Shown here in pieces: positions 44,598 through 54,212 of a DNA stretch of 64,000 bases. This DNA is from Microthrixaceae bacterium (GTDB lineage Bacteria; Actinomycetota; Acidimicrobiia; Acidimicrobiales; Microtrichaceae): the NCBI GenBank assembly GCA_020845705.1, contig JADLFH010000076.1, positions 32,277-96,276 of the forward strand, written 5' to 3'. Each line of letters begins with the position of its first letter. Position 1 is the stretch's first letter. Under the pieces are notes generated by a model. That model made no database searches and was not told the origin of the DNA. It saw only the letters and a list, made by a program, of their open reading frames with translations. The position numbers were made by a program, and so were the translations under genes.

Positions 44598-45722
44598 TCA
44601 GGCGTCGCCGCTGAGACCGCGACCGAGTCGCTCGACGGCATCGACGTACTCCTCGACCATCTCCAGGATCACGTCGCGGCTCTTGCGGATCCTGTTCATG
44701 CGCCCCACGATCTGGCCCACCGGGTTGAACATCACCCCTTTGGACTGATCCGCGTACTTCGCGGTGCGGGCCACTGCCTCCCCGGTGACCATGAACTGAA
44801 GAGGCATTCCCAGCGGCTTGGGGTTGTCCGGCGCCTCCCACGCCTCGGTCCAGTCGCTGCGCAGCATCCGACACGGCTTGCCAGTCCAGCTCCTTGACCT
44901 CACGGTGTCACGACTGGTCGCGGCGAGCAGCTCCGCCTGCTGTGCCGGAGGCGTCTCGGCCTCCTCCACCGTGAGCCACAGCGAACCTGTCCACACGCCG
45001 GCGGCTCCCATCGCCATCGCCGCAGCCATCTGCCGGCCTGTCCCGATGCCACCCGCAGCCAACACGGGAAGTGGTGCCACCGCGTCGATCACCTCGGGCC
45101 ACAACACCACCGAGCCCACGTCGCCGGTGTGGCCTCCGCCCTCGGTGCCCTGAGCTATGACGAAGTCGAGCCCGGCCTCCTTGTGCGAGAGCGCCTGCTT
45201 CGCAGCCCCGCACAACGCCCCGACGAGGCGTCCCGTCGACTGGATCTCCGCAACGATCTCCGCCGGTGGCGTACCGAGGGCATTGGCGATGAGCTTCACC
45301 TTCGGGTGAGTGAGCGCGATCTCGATCTGAGGACCCGCAGTCGCCTCGGTCCAGCCGATCAGCTCGGGCGCCTTCTGGTCCTCGGGCAACGACGGCACTC
45401 CGTGGCTGTCGAGCAGCTCGTGTACGAAATCCCGATGGCCCTGGGGGATCATGTCACGCAGGTCGTCCTCGAGCTTTTCGGCGTCCAGCTCGCCCATACC
45501 CTCGTACTTCATCGGGATGACGATGTCCACGCCGTAGGGGTGATCGCCAACATGCGCGTCGATCCAGTCGAGCTCGACCGCGAGCTGCTCAGGCGTGTAA
45601 CCCACCGCACCCAACACTCCGAGTCCACCGGCGTTGGAGACCGCTGCAACCACGTCGCGGCAGTGCGTGAAGGCGAAGATGGGGAACTCGATGCCGAGGC
45701 GCTTGGTCAGATCGTTCTGCAT
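44598..45722 (-). CDS. nitronate monooxygenase (NMO/2-nitropropane dioxygenase family)
   Basis: 'LGIEFPIFAFTHCRDVVAAVSNAGGLGVLG' and 'AAGGIGTGRQMAAAMAMGAAGVWTGS'. Start at ATG 45722 (MQNDLTK). Confidence 0.85.
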   Translation of the reverse strand: MQNDLTKRLGIEFPIFAFTHCRDVVAAVSNAGGLGVLGAVGYTPEQLAVELDWIDAHVGDHPYGVDIVIPMKYEGMGELDAEKLEDDLRDMIPQGHRDFVHELLDSHGVPSLPEDQKAPELIGWTEATAGPQIEIALTHPKVKLIANALGTPPAEIVAEIQSTGRLVGALCGAAKQALSHKEAGLDFVIAQGTEGGGHTGDVGSVVLWPEVIDAVAPLPVLAAGGIGTGRQMAAAMAMGAAGVWTGSLWLTVEEAETPPAQQAELLAATSRDTVRSRSWTGKPCRMLRSDWTEAWEAPDNPKPLGMPLQFMVTGEAVARTAKYADQSKGVMFNPVGQIVGRMNRIRKSRDVILEMVEEYVDAVERLGRGLSGDA

Positions 45723-45785
45723 GGAGACCGAGCGTAGAAGCTGACGAGAACACGTTCTACTCCCGACCCAGTTACGGTCGCGGCC

Positions 45786-47216
45786 GTGCCCCGCCCTCAC
45801 ATCACGGCCCACTCGACCGATCTCCACGAGGGTTTCGAGCAGATCCGACGGGAGCTCGACGTGCGCCAGGTCTTCCCTCCGGCGGTTCTCGACGCAGCGC
45901 GCGCCGCCTCCGACCATTTCGCGGGCGAGCGCGCCGACCGCCGGGATCTTCCTCTGGTCTCGATCGACCCTGCCGGAAGTCGGGACCTCGACCAGGCGTT
46001 CCACCTGGCCACTCGTGGTGGGGGCTACCGATTCAGCTACGCGATCGCGGATGTTGCGGCATGGATCCCCGCAGGCGGCCCGCTCGACAGCGAAGCACGG
46101 GAACGTGGCTCCACGGTGTACTGCCCCGACACGCGCATCCCCCTGCACCCGCCCTTGCTCTCCGAAGGGGCCGCAAGCCTCCTTCCCGATGGTGATCGGC
46201 CCGCCGTCCTTTGGACCATCGATCTCGACGACCGGGCCTCGGTCACCGACATCGGCGTCGAGCGCGCACTGGTTCGCAATCGCGAGGCACTCGACTACGC
46301 GGCCGCCCAGGGGCACCTGGACGCGGGTGGAACCCACCAACAGCTCCGCCTCCTCGAAGAAGTGGGCTCGCTTCGCCTCGCTCGGGAGATGGAACGAGGG
46401 GGCGTGAGCCTGACCCTGCCGGACCAGCTGGTCACCCGCGAGGGCGACCGCTATCGGATCGAGTACGGCGCAACCCTCGACACGGAGCGATGGAACGCCC
46501 AGCTGTCCCTCTGCTGCGGCATGGCGGCAGCAGAGTTGATGATCCAGGGAGGAGTTGGCGTCCTACGCACCCTTCCAGACCCCGACGCGACCGTCCTCGA
46601 TTCTCTCCGCTTGACCTCCGAGCAGCTCGGAGTTGCGTGGCCTGAAGGTCGCTCCTATCCCGAATGGGTCCGCTCCCTCGACCCGGCCACCGGCGAAGGG
46701 GCGGCGTTGATGGTCGCCGCCGCCCGAACCCTCCGCGGAGCCGGCTACACCACCTTCGACGGGACCGCGCCGACCTCGCCCAACCATCATGCGCTCGCCG
46801 CGCCTTACGCACATGTCACCGCACCGCTGCGTCGGTTGGTCGACCGGTTCGGCGCCGAATGCGCCCTCGCCCTTTGCAACGGGGTTCGCCCTCCCCGCTG
46901 GACGCTCGACGCGCTCGAAAGCCTCCCAGGGATCATGGAACAGACCGCGTCCCGCGTGTCGGCGGTGGAGCGGGCATGCGTAGATCTTGTTGAGGCTGCA
47001 ATTCTCCAACATCGCGTGGGCGAAGCCCTCGATGGCGTGGTGACCGCACTGCGTAACGGAACCACCGCCGTGGTGCAGCTGACCGATCCGGCGGTGATCG
47101 CTACCGCTCCGATCGTGAATCAGCTCGAAGCCGGCGACCACGTCGTCGCCCGGGTGGTCGAGGCAGACCCCCGGACCCGCACGGTCAGCTTCGAGATAGC
47201 ACCACTGCCGCGATGA
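45786..47216 (+). CDS. RNB domain-containing ribonuclease (RNase II/R family)
   Basis: 'SIDPAGSRDLDQAFHL', 'STVYCPDTRIPLHP' and 'YAHVTAPLRRLVD' are RNB motifs. Confidence 0.85.
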   Translation: MPRPHITAHSTDLHEGFEQIRRELDVRQVFPPAVLDAARAASDHFAGERADRRDLPLVSIDPAGSRDLDQAFHLATRGGGYRFSYAIADVAAWIPAGGPLDSEARERGSTVYCPDTRIPLHPPLLSEGAASLLPDGDRPAVLWTIDLDDRASVTDIGVERALVRNREALDYAAAQGHLDAGGTHQQLRLLEEVGSLRLAREMERGGVSLTLPDQLVTREGDRYRIEYGATLDTERWNAQLSLCCGMAAAELMIQGGVGVLRTLPDPDATVLDSLRLTSEQLGVAWPEGRSYPEWVRSLDPATGEGAALMVAAARTLRGAGYTTFDGTAPTSPNHHALAAPYAHVTAPLRRLVDRFGAECALALCNGVRPPRWTLDALESLPGIMEQTASRVSAVERACVDLVEAAILQHRVGEALDGVVTALRNGTTAVVQLTDPAVIATAPIVNQLEAGDHVVARVVEADPRTRTVSFEIAPLPR

Positions 47217-47228
47217 TGAGCCGTCAGG

Positions 47229-47840
47229 TCAGCTTGTGGGCCTGGCCACGACCCACCGCCGGCGCCACGGTCGGGGTGAGCCCGCGAGAAGCCACAGGAA
47301 CACGACTCCAGCAACATCTATGAGGTGCGCACTCAACTCGGGGAGCGCTCGTACAGCTCCCGTCGCGATGTCAACGGTTGCACCCAAGGCCATCGCGGCG
47401 ACCAACACACCGGCCACCGGCAGTAGCGCGTAGGCACGGTGGGGGCGCCAGGCGACGATCAGGAAACCGGCGAACAGCGCAAGGTTGAGTGCACCGACGT
47501 GTCGGGACAGGTGCCCGACCGCGTCGTCGCCCGATCCCACGAGGAGCTGGGGAAGAGATCGCGCTATTCCTGCGACTCCCACCCACGCCATCGCCACCCG
47601 GATCCAGGTGAGGCGCGTCGCTCGTGGGCGACGGGCGCGGGTGAGGATGGCGCCCGCCAGGTCTGGCACGTCGAGGACTGGACGTAGGCGGATCGTGCGA
47701 TGCAACGTCCACGCGCGTAGGTCGAACTCGCGACATGCGGGGCAAACCTCGAGATGGAGGTCGAGGAGCCGATCCTCAGTGTCGCTCACGCGGCCGTCCA
47801 ACCGGGCGGAGACGAGGTCACGGATCTGGTGACAGTCCAT
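47229..47840 (-). CDS. zf-HC2 anti-sigma factor, membrane protein
   Basis: 'MDCHQIRDLVSARLDG...LHLEVCPACREF' carries H-x3-C-x2-C, followed by several TM helices. Confidence 0.8.
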   Translation of the reverse strand: MDCHQIRDLVSARLDGRVSDTEDRLLDLHLEVCPACREFDLRAWTLHRTIRLRPVLDVPDLAGAILTRARRPRATRLTWIRVAMAWVGVAGIARSLPQLLVGSGDDAVGHLSRHVGALNLALFAGFLIVAWRPHRAYALLPVAGVLVAAMALGATVDIATGAVRALPELSAHLIDVAGVVFLWLLAGSPRPWRRRWVVARPTS

Positions 47841-47894
47841 GACGAAGTGGTCGTCCGACGTGCGCGGCTGGTTCCAGGTGACAAGGATGTGGGT

Positions 47895-48434
47895 GTGGAC
47901 GATCTCACCTACCTGGCGATCTCAGCCCGGGACGGCGACCCCGCCGCGATGGAGGATTTCGTTCGCGCGTGTCAGGCGGACGTCTGGCGTCTGTGCGCAT
48001 TCCTCGGCGGCCGCGACCGCGCCGACGACTTGTGCCAGGACAGCTTCGTGCGAATCATCGGCGCACTGCCGGCCTTCAGGGTCGAGTCGTCCGCGCGGAC
48101 ATGGATGTTGTCGATAACCCGGCGAGCATGCGCCGACGACGTTCGTCGCCGGCAACGACACCGCGGCCTCCATCAACGCCTGGACGCGCTTCGCCGCGAT
48201 GAGCCGTCCGTTCTGGGCAGCACAGCGGAGGTCGACGATCTGATCAGGCGCCTCGGCCCTGACCGCCGCGATGCATTCGTGCTCACCCAGCTCTTGGGTC
48301 TGAGCTACGAACAGGCGGCGGAGGTATGTGGATGTCCCGTCGGTACTATCCGCAGCCGTGTGTCTCGCGCTCGAACCGACCTCCTCGCAGCATCGGAACA
48401 AGGCATGGAGCTCTCGCGGCGCATCAGCCCCTGA
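47895..48434 (+). CDS. ECF-type RNA polymerase sigma-70 factor
   Basis: Region 2 'GDPAAMEDFVRACQADVWRLC...DDLCQDSFVRI' and region 4 'LTQLLGLSYEQAAEVCGCPVGTIRSRVSRAR'. The start is one of GTG 47847, 47889 or 47895. Confidence 0.85.
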   Translation: MDDLTYLAISARDGDPAAMEDFVRACQADVWRLCAFLGGRDRADDLCQDSFVRIIGALPAFRVESSARTWMLSITRRACADDVRRRQRHRGLHQRLDALRRDEPSVLGSTAEVDDLIRRLGPDRRDAFVLTQLLGLSYEQAAEVCGCPVGTIRSRVSRARTDLLAASEQGMELSRRISP

Positions 48435-48457
48435 GAACTCGGCTCAGCGCCACCCCA

Positions 48458-49111
48458 CTAGAGGGTGACGAGGATCCGCTCAGAGGCGAAGGATCCGATG
48501 CCGACGCTGCGTCCGGCCACTTCGACAGTCAGCGTCCCATCCGGCGACGCGGCGGTAACCACTCCGGTGCTACCCGGCACTAGCCGGGAGTCCTCCAGAA
48601 AGTCGAGCAGACCCGGCGAGAACTCGAGCTCCTCGGGGATCCGGGTGACCTTGAACTGGGCTCCGACAGCAAGCTCGGCCAAAGGGTGGAGATCAGGTGC
48701 GCTGTAGCCACTGCCTGGAATCGGGTTCCCGTGTGGGCAGGTCGTGGGGTCTCCCAGCAGTCGGGCAAGCGCTTCCTCCACCGGCTCGCTGATCACGTGC
48801 TCCCACTTGCCGGCCTCCTGGTGTGCGTATGCCCACGACAGACCGAGGACATCGGTCATGAACCTCTCGGCGAGCCGGTGCCGCCGAACCACCGACTCAG
48901 CAAGCGCCACGCCCTTCGGGGTGAGGCGAATGACGTTCGCGGAGACCTCGACGAGCCCCTCTGCGTCGAGCCGCTTGATCATCTCCGACACCGAGGGACG
49001 TGAGACCGCCAACCGCTCGGCGATCCGCGCCTGGACCACTGTGATGTCGTCCTCGGCGAGCTCGAAGATCGTCTCGCAGTACTCCTCGAACGCAGGATGC
49101 CACTCGGCCAT
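48458..49111 (-). CDS. DtxR/IdeR/MntR-family metal-dependent transcriptional repressor with FeoA/SH3-like C-domain
   Basis: 'YCETIFELAEDDITVVQARIAERLAVSRPSVSEMIKRLDAEGLV', 'HRLAERF' and 'CPHGNPIP'. Confidence 0.9.
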   Translation of the reverse strand: MAEWHPAFEEYCETIFELAEDDITVVQARIAERLAVSRPSVSEMIKRLDAEGLVEVSANVIRLTPKGVALAESVVRRHRLAERFMTDVLGLSWAYAHQEAGKWEHVISEPVEEALARLLGDPTTCPHGNPIPGSGYSAPDLHPLAELAVGAQFKVTRIPEELEFSPGLLDFLEDSRLVPGSTGVVTAASPDGTLTVEVAGRSVGIGSFASERILVTL

Positions 49112-49304
49112 GGGCCGGAGTCTACGCCCCTGCCCAACCGCTCATTCATGAGCGCCAACGAACTCCGAGGGGTCGCACCTGCGTCTGGGGCAGCACAGAG
49201 CGAACGTCGTCCCGCACACGGAGCGGTACCGGATCCTCATCGACACTGCTCCCAACAACTACCGGCGGGCGAAAGATCGTCGCCTCGAACAAGGGAACAC
49301 ACCA

Positions 49305-49733
49305 ATGAAGATCCGCTCACTGATCACAAGCATCGCGGTCGTTGCAGCCGGGGTGCTCGGAATGGTGGCCGTCGCTCCGACGGCATCAGCCGCCACCGCC
49401 ACGACCGCCTGCTTCAAGTGGTACACGGGCGCCCCATACGCCTCACAGCCTGTGCACCTGATGAAGTGGACCGGCTCCACCTGGACAAGTATTCGCAGCG
49501 GCAAGACGAACAAGAGCGGGTGCGCCACCTTCTCCAACACCCCGTCCAACGTGTACCTGACGATGAAGGGCTACAGCGTTGCGGGCAACACCAACATAGG
49601 GCTGGCGCTCTTCGAGGGATGGGCGCCTCGATACGCCAACCCGGGAGCGGGTGGCGTCGGCCTTGGCACGGGCGTGGTCCGGCTGGTTCAGTGCGTGCCA
49701 GGCCTGTACGGAGCGTGTGCCGGATTCGCCTGA
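49305..49733 (+). CDS. small secreted Cys-containing hypothetical protein
   Basis: Signal peptide 'MKIRSLITSIAVVAAGVLGMVAVAPTASA'. 142 aa. Confidence 0.65.
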   Translation: MKIRSLITSIAVVAAGVLGMVAVAPTASAATATTACFKWYTGAPYASQPVHLMKWTGSTWTSIRSGKTNKSGCATFSNTPSNVYLTMKGYSVAGNTNIGLALFEGWAPRYANPGAGGVGLGTGVVRLVQCVPGLYGACAGFA

Positions 49734-49852
49734 GCATCCCTTCGATAGCCAAGCGGTGCCCGGCCCCGACGGCCGGGCACCGGCGCGTCCGCATTCGATG
49801 GGTGCGATGCAACACGACACGCCCCCGGTGTCGGTCCTGCCAGGATGGTGCC

Positions 49853-50536
49853 GTGGCGAAGTTGTCGGCGAGTCGAACCGTACCCAGATGCAGCTGGGGC
49901 GCGACCGGTGTCTGGTCGCTACGGCTTCCGACGGTGATCGTCTTGTGGGTCGGCCTCTGGATCTTCGGCGCCGGAGAAGCACTGCTGATCCAGGCCCGCC
50001 TGGGCAACACCCCATGGACCGTGCTTTCCGAAGGCATCGCGGAGCGAGTCGGCCTCAGCATCGGCACCGTCACGATCATCATCTCCATGCTCGTGCTGAC
50101 GAGCTGGCTGCCCTTCGACGAGAGACCCGGATTCGGGACCTTCTCGAACATCCTCCTCATCGGGATCGCGATCGACGTCATGTCGCCACTCGTTCCCCGT
50201 CCAAACCGGTTCGGCTGGCAGCTCGGGCAATCGATCCTCGGGGTGGTCATCGGCGGCTTCGGCTGCGCGCTCTACCTGACGGCGAACCTGGGCCCGGGCG
50301 CACGCGACGGGCTCATGAAGAGCTTGCACCGCCGCTTCGACATCCCCATCGCCTGGGTTCGCTTGGCAATGGAAGCCACGGTGCTGTTCGCCGGAATCGC
50401 CCTGGGCGGAAGGGCAGGGCTTGGCACCGTGCTGTTCGCTCTCGGCGTCGGGCACGCGATGAGTTGGTCGTTCACTGCGTTCAGCACACTGGACCGCCGC
50501 GCTCGCGACACAACCGCACACGCGGTACCGGGATGA
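49853..50536 (+). CDS. YczE/YitT-type integral membrane protein (putative)
   Basis: The C-terminal part of ORF 49097..50536 is strongly hydrophobic ('LWVGLWIFGAGEALLIQARLGNTPW', 'GPGARDGL'). GTG 49853 is uncertain. The stop overlaps the sulfatase ATG (ATGA). Confidence 0.65.
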   Translation: MAKLSASRTVPRCSWGATGVWSLRLPTVIVLWVGLWIFGAGEALLIQARLGNTPWTVLSEGIAERVGLSIGTVTIIISMLVLTSWLPFDERPGFGTFSNILLIGIAIDVMSPLVPRPNRFGWQLGQSILGVVIGGFGCALYLTANLGPGARDGLMKSLHRRFDIPIAWVRLAMEATVLFAGIALGGRAGLGTVLFALGVGHAMSWSFTAFSTLDRRARDTTAHAVPG

Positions 50537-52035
50537 ACGTCCTGCTCGTCACCATCGATCAGTGGAGAGCCGACAGCCTCGGTTGCGCAGGCCATCCCTG
50601 CGCCCGGACGCCCACCATCGACCGACTCGCGGCACGCGGTGTGCGCTTCACGCGGCACTTCGCGCAGACGGCCCCTTGCGGTCCGAGCCGCGCCTCCCTG
50701 CTGAGCGGCATGTACCTCCACAACCACCGGGCGGTGGACAACGGAACCCCGCTCGACTCGCGCTTCACGAACCTCGCTCTGGAGCTCCGTTCCGCCGGCT
50801 ACCGGCCGACCTTGTTCGGCTACACCGACACGACCGTCGACCCCCGGACCGTCGACGACCCCGACGACGCCCGCCTTCGCACCTACGAGGGGGTGCTTGC
50901 CGGCTTCGACATCGAGGTGCAACTCCCCGAGGCGGCCGACGCATGGCTGGAATGGTTGAGAACCAAGGGCTACGACGTGCCGGCGTCGGTCGGTGAGCTA
51001 TACGAGGATCGGGACCACAACGGGGCCGAGGGCCGGGGTGCGTCGTGGGCTCCGGTCCGCTACGCGAGCGAGCACACCGAGGCGGCGTTCCTCGTGGAGC
51101 GGTTCATCGACTGGCACTCGAGGCTCCCCCACGATGAGAGCTGGGCCGCGCACGTCACCTTCCTCCGGCCGCACCCACCTTTCGTTGCGCCTGCACCTTG
51201 GCACGACCTCATCGACCCGGCCATCGTTCCAATGCCCGTGCGCCACCCCGACATCGACCGGGAGGGAGCCGTCCACCCCATGGTCGCCGCCGCCCTCATC
51301 GTCGATGCTGTCCGCGCACCGGCGTCAGAGCCCGACACACGTCAGCTTCGAGCCACCTACTGGGGCATGCTCGCCGAGGTCGACGAGAAGCTCGGTTGGC
51401 TGTTGGACCACCTGGACTCGACCGATGCCGAGGACACCCTGGTGATCGTCACCTCGGATCACGGCGAACAGCTTGGCGATCACTGGCTCATCCAGAAGCT
51501 CGGCTACTTCGACTCCAGCTACCACATCCCCTTGGTCATCGCAGGGCCGGGTGTCGTCGGCGGACGGACCGTGGAGCATTTCACCGAGAACATCGACCTG
51601 ATGCCGACGATCCTCGCCGGCGTTGGCGCCCCCGTACCTGCCCAATGCGACGGTGTCGCCCTCCAGCCTTTCCTTCGCGGTGACGAGCCTGAGGGCTGGC
51701 GAGATGCAGCCCATTGGGAGTGGGACTTCAGGGATCCGGCCACCTCGGCACTTCTTGGCGTGGCACTTCACGAGTCGAACCTCGCGGTGCTGCGCGACGG
51801 GCACGGCAAGTACGTTCACTTCGCCGGTCTACCGGCGGCCTTCTACGACCTCGACGAGGACCCCCACGAGCTCCGGAACCGAGCCGACGACCCCGAATAC
51901 CGGGATCGGGTCCTCGATTACGCGCAGCGGCTCCTGTCGTGGCGCCTCTCGACCGACGATCAGACCCTGGCGCGCCTCATTGCCACACCCGATGGCATCG
52001 TTCCGGTCGAGGAGACCGGCTCTCGTTACCGGTAG
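50533..52035 (+). CDS. sulfatase (Cys-type, alkaline-phosphatase superfamily)
   Basis: 'MNVLLVTIDQWRADSLG' and 'TAPCGPSRASLLSGMY' (C-x-P-x-R formylglycine site), plus 'VTSDHGE'. Start at ATG 50533. Confidence 0.9.
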   Translation: MNVLLVTIDQWRADSLGCAGHPCARTPTIDRLAARGVRFTRHFAQTAPCGPSRASLLSGMYLHNHRAVDNGTPLDSRFTNLALELRSAGYRPTLFGYTDTTVDPRTVDDPDDARLRTYEGVLAGFDIEVQLPEAADAWLEWLRTKGYDVPASVGELYEDRDHNGAEGRGASWAPVRYASEHTEAAFLVERFIDWHSRLPHDESWAAHVTFLRPHPPFVAPAPWHDLIDPAIVPMPVRHPDIDREGAVHPMVAAALIVDAVRAPASEPDTRQLRATYWGMLAEVDEKLGWLLDHLDSTDAEDTLVIVTSDHGEQLGDHWLIQKLGYFDSSYHIPLVIAGPGVVGGRTVEHFTENIDLMPTILAGVGAPVPAQCDGVALQPFLRGDEPEGWRDAAHWEWDFRDPATSALLGVALHESNLAVLRDGHGKYVHFAGLPAAFYDLDEDPHELRNRADDPEYRDRVLDYAQRLLSWRLSTDDQTLARLIATPDGIVPVEETGSRYR

Positions 52036-52137
52036 GTCGGCCGTCTCCATCTGGGCAGCGGCCATCGCGGGATCCCCACCGGTACGCTGGCGGCCCACCA
52101 CCATGGACTCCGATCCTCCGTCTCCGAACTGCTTCTC

Positions 52138-53406
52138 ATGGCTCGCCGGCCCCGCCTCCGCTGGGTCAACCTCGCGCCAGCGCGGTTGGCCCGTCGACTG
52201 GTCGACCTTCTCGGTCCGACCGGCGGAGCGGCGCGCCAGAGCCTGGTCGCGCTGGGGTTCAACTCACTGACCAGCTTTGTCGCCGGCGCAACGCTGGTCG
52301 GCATCCTCCCCACCTTCCAGCGGCTACCCGGACTCCTCGTCCTGGTCACCCCTGCGATCGGCCTGCGGGGCAACGTGTTTTCGACGCTCGGCAACCGGCT
52401 CTCCACCACAATCCACGCCGGCACGTTCAGCCCCTCGCTACGCCGTGAATCCATCCTCGGCCAGAACCTTCTGGCCGGCTTCTCGCTGACCACGTTCATG
52501 TCGGTGATCCTGGCGTTTCTGGCGAAGATCATCGCTGTGGCCGTCGGCATCCCCCACACGATCAGCCTCTTGGACCTCATGTTGATCTCGGTGCTCGGCG
52601 GGACCCTCGCGTCGGTGCCGGTGGCTCTCGCCACGCTCGTGTTGGCGCGCAGCGCTGTCCGCTTCGGCTGGGATCTCGACAACCTCGTCGCGCCGACCGT
52701 CGGAACCCTCGGTGATGGCATCACCATCCCTGCCCTGTGGCTGGCTGCCACACTCGTCGGTCACGGCAAGGGCTCCCAGGTTGCGGGCGCGGTGGTCGGC
52801 GTCGCCGCGATCATCGCCGTGGTGTGGGTCTTCCGCTCCCCCCTGGAGCAGCTAAACCAGATCGTTCGTGAATCGATCCCCGTGTTGGGCGTCGCACTGC
52901 TGTTGTCCGCACTCGGAGGGCTGGTCCTCCAAAAGCAGGTCGAGGTGCTGGCGGCACTACCGGCGATCCTGCTGCTGCAACCGGCGTTCGTGTCCACAGC
53001 CGGAGCGCTCGGGGGAATCCTCTGCGGCCGGGTGGCGACGAATCTGCACCTCGGCTCGGTGGAACCGACGTTGATTCCCGGTGGTGAAGTACGCCGAGAC
53101 ACGTCGTTCCTGCTCGGACTCACCGTGCCGATCTTCGTGTTCAATGCCGTTGGCGCCTGGTCCTTCAGCGCCATGTCACCTACCGGCCGGATCTCACCCG
53201 GGTGGTGGTGGATCCTTCTGATCGCGTTGGTGGCGGCAGCGCTCACCATGTTGTTCGTCGTTGCCATCAGCTACTACGCGACGATCGGGGCTTGGCGCAT
53301 CGAGGTCGATCCCGACTCCTACGGCATCCCGGTGGTTACGGCGGCAACCGACTTCATCGGCACCGTGATCCTCGTAGTCACCGTCGTCGTCCTCGGCCTC
53401 GCCTGA
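52138..53406 (+). CDS. divalent-cation transporter with duplicated MgtE/SLC41-type membrane domain
   Basis: Two homologous halves ('PAIGLRGNVFSTLGNRLST...' and 'PAFVSTAGALGGILCGRVATNL...'), each followed by 'D.D....P...T.GD'. The protein is polytopic. Confidence 0.75.
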   Translation: MARRPRLRWVNLAPARLARRLVDLLGPTGGAARQSLVALGFNSLTSFVAGATLVGILPTFQRLPGLLVLVTPAIGLRGNVFSTLGNRLSTTIHAGTFSPSLRRESILGQNLLAGFSLTTFMSVILAFLAKIIAVAVGIPHTISLLDLMLISVLGGTLASVPVALATLVLARSAVRFGWDLDNLVAPTVGTLGDGITIPALWLAATLVGHGKGSQVAGAVVGVAAIIAVVWVFRSPLEQLNQIVRESIPVLGVALLLSALGGLVLQKQVEVLAALPAILLLQPAFVSTAGALGGILCGRVATNLHLGSVEPTLIPGGEVRRDTSFLLGLTVPIFVFNAVGAWSFSAMSPTGRISPGWWWILLIALVAAALTMLFVVAISYYATIGAWRIEVDPDSYGIPVVTAATDFIGTVILVVTVVVLGLA

Positions 53407-53447
53407 CCCCACCCTCGGGCGGCGCTGAAGGGCGGCGCGCTCTGTGG

Positions 53448-54212
53448 TCAGGCGTCGCGGCGGCTCACCATCACCCCGCCAACCAGACACAGCAGGACAG
53501 CGACCGCGCAGAAGTACGCGAAGCCACCCCAGGGACTCAACAGATCGGGATCGCCGACCCGTTCAACAACCTGGGAACCGGCGTTGTACGGCATCCACCG
53601 TCCAACGGAGCTACGGAGGAAGGCGACGACGATCGGCTCTATCACCATCGGCCACGCAAGCACCGCGACGATCGAGCCGATCGGCTGGCGCAGGATCATC
53701 CCGATCCCGAACCCCGCGAGGGCATAGCCCGGCGCCAGCAACCAGGTTCCGACGAGCACCCTCCATGCACCCTCTACCGAAAGATCCAGACCGACACCCC
53801 GACTGGAGAGGATCGCTCCGCCAACGAGAAGCGACAGCGCAATGAGCGAGGCTGCGATCGTCAATGTGGCAACCACGACCACGACGACCTTTGCGACGAG
53901 AGCGCGCCCCCGTCGCGGTACGGCCGCGAAGGTCGCCCTGATCGTGTTGAACCGGTACTCCTGGCCGATCACCTGCACACCCAGCACACCAAGCAGTGCA
54001 AGGCCGAGCCCGAAACCCGCCGTAGCGATCTGCAAGCGGAGAAGCGGGTAGACACCCAGGTCGTTCTCGGCACCAGCTGTATCGTCGAGCGGAACGACGG
54101 CGCAGAGCAAGGCCCCCAGGCCGACCGCCAAGACCGCGATCGCGACCATCAACACCACGTTCGAACGGACCGAACGAAGCTTCAGCCACTCGGCGCGGAT
54201 GAGCCCGATCAT
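53448..54212 (-). CDS. ABC-2 type transporter permease
   Basis: 'MIGLIRAEWLKLRSVRSN' N-terminus and 6 TM segments. The start overlaps the ATPase stop. Confidence 0.8.
   Translation of the reverse strand: MIGLIRAEWLKLRSVRSNVVLMVAIAVLAVGLGALLCAVVPLDDTAGAENDLGVYPLLRLQIATAGFGLGLALLGVLGVQVIGQEYRFNTIRATFAAVPRRGRALVAKVVVVVVATLTIAASLIALSLLVGGAILSSRGVGLDLSVEGAWRVLVGTWLLAPGYALAGFGIGMILRQPIGSIVAVLAWPMVIEPIVVAFLRSSVGRWMPYNAGSQVVERVGDPDLLSPWGGFAYFCAVAVLLCLVGGVMVSRRDA

Noticed and set aside
49097-50532. The N-terminal extensions of the long plus-strand ORFs 49097..50536 and 49651..52035.
   Set aside because: The upstream portions are R/P/H-rich, overlap the better-supported secreted-protein gene or each other, and precede the points where clear family motifs begin. 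The starts were moved to 49853 and 50533.
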